Assembly (NCBI GenBank): GCA_034722055.1
Contig: JAYENL010000072.1
Coordinates: forward strand, 1-12,627
DNA length: 12,627 bases
Source of the DNA: Armatimonadota bacterium
GTDB lineage: Bacteria; Armatimonadota; Zipacnadia; Zipacnadales; UBA5352
Direction: 5' to 3'
Part shown: positions 8,256 through 12,627 of the stretch, piece by piece
Numbering within the stretch: position 1 is the stretch's first letter
How the letters are laid out: every line of letters starts with the position of its first letter
The notes under the pieces: model-generated
Seen by the model: only the letters and a program-made list of their open reading frames with translations
Database searches by the model: none
What the model was told of the DNA's origin: nothing
Program-made: the position numbers and the translations under genes

Positions 8256-8623
8256 ATGGGCATCCTGGACCGTCTGTTCGGCGGCGTGCGGCGCAAACGC
8301 TTCGCGGCACTGATGACGGAGGCACTCCGGGACGCGGGAGTCTCGGGCGAGATCAGATATGATGCCAGCGAGTTCTCCCTCTCGATCGACGGGGAGAGCT
8401 GGCTGTACCTTCAGCGCGCCTACCAGATGCACCGCAGGGCATCGCCAGACGAACGGGATGCGATCCTCAAGCGCTTTGTCTCCTTGGTCGGCTGCATCGA
8501 CATGGAACTCCCCGAGAGCTCATGGAGCCGGCCGACTACTACCCGCCCCGCTGGCGCGTGCGCCAGTTCCCCACCCAGGAGCAGCTCGACGCGATCGACC
8601 TGGATGCGGAGCTCCTGGCGTAG
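8256..8623 (+). pseudogene. Internally deleted, frameshifted paralogue of 7004-8221
   Basis: Codons 1-88 (MGILDRLFG...MELPES, 8256-8519) align with the N-terminus of the upstream gene. In a different frame, 8516-8623 reads ELMEPADYYPPRWRVRQFPTQEQLDAIDLDAELLA*, matching the upstream C-terminus ELMEPTDYYPPRWRLRQFPSQEQLDAMDLD. The central ~850 bp equivalent is missing. Confidence 0.85.
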
Positions 8624-8699
8624 AGCAGACCGATTATCGTGATGTGTGTGCTGACGGCCGCCGATGGCGGCCGCAATCCGACGTGGGGGAGGGATCGAG

Positions 8700-9485
8700 A
8701 TGTTCCCCGCCGAGACTCCAGAGAAGTTCCGACTGGTCACAGAGCTTGGGAATCCAGTCGCGGTCAACGCGCTGCGCGGATGGCGGCTGTGGGTCCGCGT
8801 GGCGGTCACGCTGCTTCTGCTGGCAGCAGCCGCGAGCACGCCGTTTCTGGCGCAGGCGAATGTCGCCGACGGGGGCAGTAACTGGTACTGGGTGGGCGGC
8901 GCCGCTCTCTTCTTCGCCGTCCTGCTCGGTATCCTCACCTGGAAGCGCCTGCGCAGCACCATCGTGACCTTCGACGATGGCATCGCCTGGGAGGAGGGCG
9001 ATGGCGTCCGAACCCTCCGGTGGGATCAGGTGACCGCGGTTGCCGCCTCCAGGACCCGCCATAGCATCAACTTCATCCCCACGGGCTCCACCTACAGGTA
9101 CACCGTTGACATGGACACCGGAGAGCCCAAGGTATTGACCACCTACAACACCGCTCACGTGGAGCGCGTGGGCGAACACATCATTGAGAAGGTCATGCCC
9201 CGCATCTTCGAGGAATGTGTCGAGGCCTTCGACCGGGGCGAGGAGGTCCAGTTCGGTCCCGTCGTCATCGGCCGCGACCTGGGGATCAAGTACAAGCAGA
9301 AAGTCTTCCCGTGGGAGGAGATCGGCGCCATTGACGTGGACGCGGGCACGTTCATCTGCACGCGGGCCGGCGGCGGGTGGGGCAGAGGCGTCGCCATCTC
9401 CATCGGAGATATCCCCAACTTCGAGGCCCTCTACGGCATCCTGACCAGCCTGATGGCGCCCGAGGAGGAGCAAGAGCCATCCTGA
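8700..9485 (+). CDS. DUF6585-like membrane protein (2 N-terminal TM helices plus PH-like soluble domains), copy 1
   Basis: Preferred start ATG 8700 (GGGGAGGG at 8686-8693; the upstream ATG 8664 lies in a hairpin, 8655-8673). Two hydrophobic segments, then FDDGIAW..RWDQV, GEEVQFGPVVIG, FPWEEI and IPNFEAL. Confidence 0.75.
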   Translation: MFPAETPEKFRLVTELGNPVAVNALRGWRLWVRVAVTLLLLAAAASTPFLAQANVADGGSNWYWVGGAALFFAVLLGILTWKRLRSTIVTFDDGIAWEEGDGVRTLRWDQVTAVAASRTRHSINFIPTGSTYRYTVDMDTGEPKVLTTYNTAHVERVGEHIIEKVMPRIFEECVEAFDRGEEVQFGPVVIGRDLGIKYKQKVFPWEEIGAIDVDAGTFICTRAGGGWGRGVAISIGDIPNFEALYGILTSLMAPEEEQEPS

Positions 9486-9493
9486 CCCGAGCC

Positions 9494-9532
9494 GAAGACG
9501 CTATGGCCCCGCGGGAGCGGCTTCTGGCTGCA
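9494..9532 (+). pseudogene. Remnant copy of the 5' end of the URO-D-family gene (MAPRERLLAA vs MTPRERLLAA)
   Basis: 31/39 nt identical to 10427-10465, and all 8 mismatches are transitions. Confidence 0.7.
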
Positions 9533-9570
9533 GCGACTGTGACCCGATGCCGACGCAGGAGGGGGAAGCC

Positions 9571-10338
9571 ATGAAGCTCACGGATGTGAGGCACCTCGGC
9601 GAGCCGGTTGTTCTCGTGCGGTTACGCGGTTGGCCGCTCTACTGGCGCGTGGCCGTGGTTGCCCTGCTGCTGGGCGCTGCGGCGTCCACGCACCTTCTCG
9701 CAGGGGCAGGGGTGGGAGGCGCCCGCCGTGAGTGGTACGTCTTCGGCGGCCTGTTCCTTTTCTTCGGTGTCCTGTGGGGCGCGTTGTGGTTCATAAGAGC
9801 CCGGGGCAGAGCGGCGGTCTTCGAGGAGGGCATCGCATGGGCACATGGAGGCGAAGTACGAACCGCGCGGTGGGACGAAATATCCTCCGTCAGCGCTTCG
9901 TGCTCGCACCATCCGATTGCCGGTCTCATTGGGGCCGGGCGCGGATACGCCTATGACATCACGCTCCGCGACGGGGAGCAGGTCAGGCTCTCGACCGACA
10001 ACACGCCATTCGTTGAGGAAGTCGGCGAGCGCATCGCCAGGGCCGTCATCCCAAGCGTCCTTGAAGACGCCGGCAATGCGTTTGCTCGCGGTGAGGTAGT
10101 CCAGTTCGGACCTGTCGCGGTGGGGCGGGACCTCGGCATCAGGTGCCGCGACACCGTTTACAAGTGGGACGAGATTGGCGCGCTGGAGACAGATCAGGGC
10201 CGTCTGCTCTGCCGCCCGAAGGGATCGCTGGCCCCCGGCAGCAGCGTCCCGATTGGCGACATACCGAACTTCGACGCCTTCTGGACGATCGCCAGCGTGT
10301 GGCGGGAGCATCTGGATGGCAGCCGGCCGGACCGGTAG
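9571..10338 (+). CDS. DUF6585-like membrane protein, copy 2 (tandem paralogue of 8700-9485)
   Basis: ATG 9571 with AGGAGGGGG at 9557-9565. Colinear with copy 1: LRGW..RVAV..LLL.AAAST, GIAW..G.VRT.RWD, RGE.VQFGPV..GRDLGI, W.EIGA and IGDIPNF.A. Confidence 0.75.
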   Translation: MKLTDVRHLGEPVVLVRLRGWPLYWRVAVVALLLGAAASTHLLAGAGVGGARREWYVFGGLFLFFGVLWGALWFIRARGRAAVFEEGIAWAHGGEVRTARWDEISSVSASCSHHPIAGLIGAGRGYAYDITLRDGEQVRLSTDNTPFVEEVGERIARAVIPSVLEDAGNAFARGEVVQFGPVAVGRDLGIRCRDTVYKWDEIGALETDQGRLLCRPKGSLAPGSSVPIGDIPNFDAFWTIASVWREHLDGSRPDR

Positions 10339-10420
10339 CCCGTCCACGGCGCAGGGAAGATGTTCCGACGCGGGCGGCGAATTGCGCTCGCGCCGATGCG
10401 ACCTGCCGGGAGGCGACACA

Positions 10421-11479
10421 ATGACGGGAGACACCATGACCCCGCGGGAGCGACTCCTGGCCGCGATCGAGTTCACGGGGCCGGATCGCTGCCCCATCCA
10501 CCACTACATCTTCCCCGGCGCCCTGTGGCGGCATGGCGAGCGCCTCATGGAGCTGGTGGAGCGCTACCCCGACGACTTCGGCAACGCTAACATCAAGGCC
10601 AACCTGCAGCGGATGCCGGAGGGCGATGAGACGGATGAGGATGTGGTAGAGTACGAGGACGCGTGGGGGACGGTCTGGCGCAGGCTGCGGGGCTACACCT
10701 CCGGCGAGGTGCTGCGGCCGGCCATCCCCGACTGGGACGCCTGGGAGGACTACCAGTTCCCGTCCCCGCCGCCCGACGAGCACTTCGAGCAGTTCGCGGC
10801 CAGCGCAAAGCAGCGCCATCCAGAGGAGTTCGTAACCGCGGGCGGTGGCGGCTTCTTTCAGCTCATGCAGCACATGCGGGGGCCGGCCAACTACTTCGCC
10901 GACCTCGCCCAGGACCATCCCGGCGCCCACGAGCTGGCCGACCGCATGGTGGAGCACAACCTGTATCGCATCAAGCGCTACCTGCAGGCGGATGTGGACT
11001 GCATCACCTTCGGCGACGACTGGGGCGCTCAGCACCGGTTGCTGATCCATCCCGACATGTGGCGGCGGTTCTTCAAGCCCCGCTACGCCCGTATGTTCGA
11101 GCCCATCCGCGACGCCGGCGTGCACGTGTGGTTCCACACCGACGGCTGGATCCTGGAGATCATCGAGGACCTCATCGAGATCGGCGTGACGGTCCTCAAC
11201 CCCCAGCACCCCTGCATGGGCACCAAGCGGGTGGGGGAGATCTGCGGCGGGCGGGTGTGCATCCGCACCGACATCGACCGCCAGTGGGTTATCCCCTTCG
11301 GCACGCCCCTGCAGGTCGAGGAGGCCGTGAAGGAGGCCATCGCCGCCTTCGGCAGCTTCAACGGCGGCTGCATCCTCCACGGCGAGGTCGGCCAGGAGGT
11401 GCCCTTCGAGAACATTCAGGCCCTGTACTCAGCGTTCTACAACTACGGTCGCTACCCGCTGGAGTGGCTGGGCGGGTGA
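10421..11479 (+). CDS. Uroporphyrinogen decarboxylase (URO-D)/MtaA-CmuA superfamily protein, not HemE
   Basis: Start ATG 10421 (GGAGG 10409-10413) or 10436. Motifs MTPRERLLAAIEFTGPDRCP, YEDAWGTVW, GDDWGAQHRLLIHPDMWRRFFKPRY, FHTDG, DLIEIGVTVLNPQ, FGTPLQVEEAVKEAI and VPFENIQA. It lacks the HemE RQAGR motif. Confidence 0.85.
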   Translation: MTGDTMTPRERLLAAIEFTGPDRCPIHHYIFPGALWRHGERLMELVERYPDDFGNANIKANLQRMPEGDETDEDVVEYEDAWGTVWRRLRGYTSGEVLRPAIPDWDAWEDYQFPSPPPDEHFEQFAASAKQRHPEEFVTAGGGGFFQLMQHMRGPANYFADLAQDHPGAHELADRMVEHNLYRIKRYLQADVDCITFGDDWGAQHRLLIHPDMWRRFFKPRYARMFEPIRDAGVHVWFHTDGWILEIIEDLIEIGVTVLNPQHPCMGTKRVGEICGGRVCIRTDIDRQWVIPFGTPLQVEEAVKEAIAAFGSFNGGCILHGEVGQEVPFENIQALYSAFYNYGRYPLEWLGG

Positions 11480-11580
11480 GCGGCCGCCGCCCCTCCACGC
11501 CTCGCACGTGAGAATTCCTCGCGCGATGTTCGATTCCATGAAGGAGGATTTGGCTGGAACAGAGAAGGAGATTTGAGATG

Positions 11581-11610
11581 TTGACACGATGGGAGGTACC
11601 GATGTATCGT
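11581..11610 (+). promoter_or_regulatory. Putative sigma70-type promoter for the prepilin-like genes
   Basis: Perfect -35 TTGACA (11581-11586), 18-nt spacer, -10-like TATCGT (11605-11610), within a locally lower-GC intergenic stretch. Confidence 0.6.
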
Positions 11611-11776
11611 TGTCCACAGCAGCTTAGGGAGGGCAGGCAGTCGGCGATTGGCGGCGGGGCGGAACCCGATGCCACTGCACGATGCCCTCTCACCTGGCGG
11701 CTGCCGGGGGGCGTGAGAGGACCCGGCATCGGAGGGTCGTATCCGTACACACTACTGAGGAACGGAGGTCACAACG

Positions 11777-12466
11777 ATGAGACGCGGTTTCACCCTGATC
11801 GAGCTCCTGGTCGTGATCGCGATCATCGCCATCCTGGCGGCGATCCTGTTCCCGGTCTTCGCGCGCGCCCGGGAGAAGGCGAGACAGACAAGCTGTCTGA
11901 GCAATGTGAAGCAGATCATGACAGCCTGGAGGATGTACGCCTCGGACTACGACGGGCAGTTCACGCACCACGTCTACAACTACGGTCAGCCCGACGCCTA
12001 CTGGTGGTACTTCCCGATGTACGCCTACATCAAGAACATCCAGATTTTCCAGTGCCCGTCGGATGAGCCCCGTGGCTTCGAGAACAACCCCATGGAAGAG
12101 TGCAGCTACGGCATGAACTGGCTGTACTGCAACGGCCGCTACATCAAGAGCAGCACAGGAGTCTGGGTGTACGACGACACTGTGCCGGGGCCCTACAAGG
12201 TGGGCGGGTGCATGGACTTCATCGAGGAGCCGGCTGACACCATCTGCATCACTGACGTCGGCCCCGGCTCTCCCTACGTCAATGACGCCCAATCCGGCGC
12301 CGGTTACTACAGGGGCTACTTCAACAAGATCTCCGACCGCCACAACGAGGGTACCAACTGCGGCTACGTTGACGGCCATGCCAAGTGGAACAAGAAGCAA
12401 GCCATCCGCGAGTGGGAGCGCTGGAACGCCACCGGCTTCTGCTGGCGCGATTACCCGTCCGGCTGA
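11777..12466 (+). CDS. Prepilin-type N-terminal cleavage/methylation domain protein, DUF1559-like, with C-terminal H-X9-DG motif
   Basis: GGAGGT at 11764-11769. Class III signal [47 protein letters not shown] (G-1, F+1, E+5); [28 protein letters not shown]. Confidence 0.93.
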   Translation: MRRGFTLIELLVVIAIIAILAAILFPVFARAREKARQTSCLSNVKQIMTAWRMYASDYDGQFTHHVYNYGQPDAYWWYFPMYAYIKNIQIFQCPSDEPRGFENNPMEECSYGMNWLYCNGRYIKSSTGVWVYDDTVPGPYKVGGCMDFIEEPADTICITDVGPGSPYVNDAQSGAGYYRGYFNKISDRHNEGTNCGYVDGHAKWNKKQAIREWERWNATGFCWRDYPSG

Positions 12467-12520
12467 CGCGAAGCGCGGGACAGATAGTGTTGAGGATTCG
12501 CGCGAGAGGAGAGTACGGCA

Positions 12521-12627
12521 ATGCCCAAGCGCACAACGGTCGGCTTCACGCTCATTGAACTGCTTGTCGTGATCGCGATCATCGCGATCCTGGCCGCGAT
12601 GCTTTTTCCCGTGTTCGCGCGGGCGCG
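12521..12627 (+). CDS. Second prepilin-type N-terminal cleavage/methylation protein (3' truncated by window; not in the ORF track)
   Basis: AGGAG at 12507-12511; ATG 12521 reads [35 protein letters not shown] and runs to the window end. Confidence 0.92.
   Translation, partial: MPKRTTVGFTLIELLVVIAIIAILAAMLFPVFARA

Noticed and set aside
8505..8525. Programmed -1 frameshift producing a functional mini-protein
   Set aside because: No X XXY YYZ slippery heptamer at the junction; deletion through GAGCT microhomology explains the frame change more simply.
10175..10420. N-terminal extension of the URO-D ORF (434-aa call)
   Set aside because: Overlaps DUF6585-like copy 2; the family-typical start MTPRER and the RBS lie at 10409-10436.
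10421..11479. Gene symbol hemE
   Set aside because: Lacks the RQAGR porphyrinogen-binding motif, and there is no tetrapyrrole gene context.
11620..11740. Cobalamin or c-di-GMP riboswitch
   Set aside because: GCCACTG is present, but the cobalamin AGGGAA and B12-box elements and the c-di-GMP-I GCAAAC/GNRA-receptor pattern were not found by eye.
11519..12505. TCGCGCGA palindrome upstream of both pilin-like genes (11519-11526, 12498-12505)
   Set aside because: Short and GC-rich, and it also occurs inside a coding region (near 5796), so chance occurrence is likely.

Overview
High-GC bacterial window with no rRNA, tRNA, CRISPR array or transposase that I can recognise. The two prepilin-like genes ([28 protein letters not shown]..., H-X9-DG C-terminus in the complete one) suggest Armatimonadota or a PVC-like lineage (inference). 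The window has three parts. (1) 1-6751, a carbohydrate-utilisation-like block: a CBM9-like C-terminal fragment, a secreted jelly-roll/polysaccharide-lyase-like protein, a 1034-aa secreted multidomain DUF6259-like glycoside hydrolase, and a convergent cytoplasmic beta-propeller GH-like protein, separated by a GCCGT-rich repeat/hairpin spacer. (2) 7004-10338, a four-gene block of two tandem paralogue pairs: a DUF1444-like gene plus an internally deleted, frameshifted copy, and two DUF6585-like membrane proteins. Between the latter two lies a remnant of the 5' end of the downstream gene. (3) 10421-12627, a non-HemE URO-D/MtaA-family gene, then a sigma70-like promoter and structured leader in front of tandem DUF1559/H-X9-DG prepilin-like genes. 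Family names come from motif recognition by eye, not from database searches.
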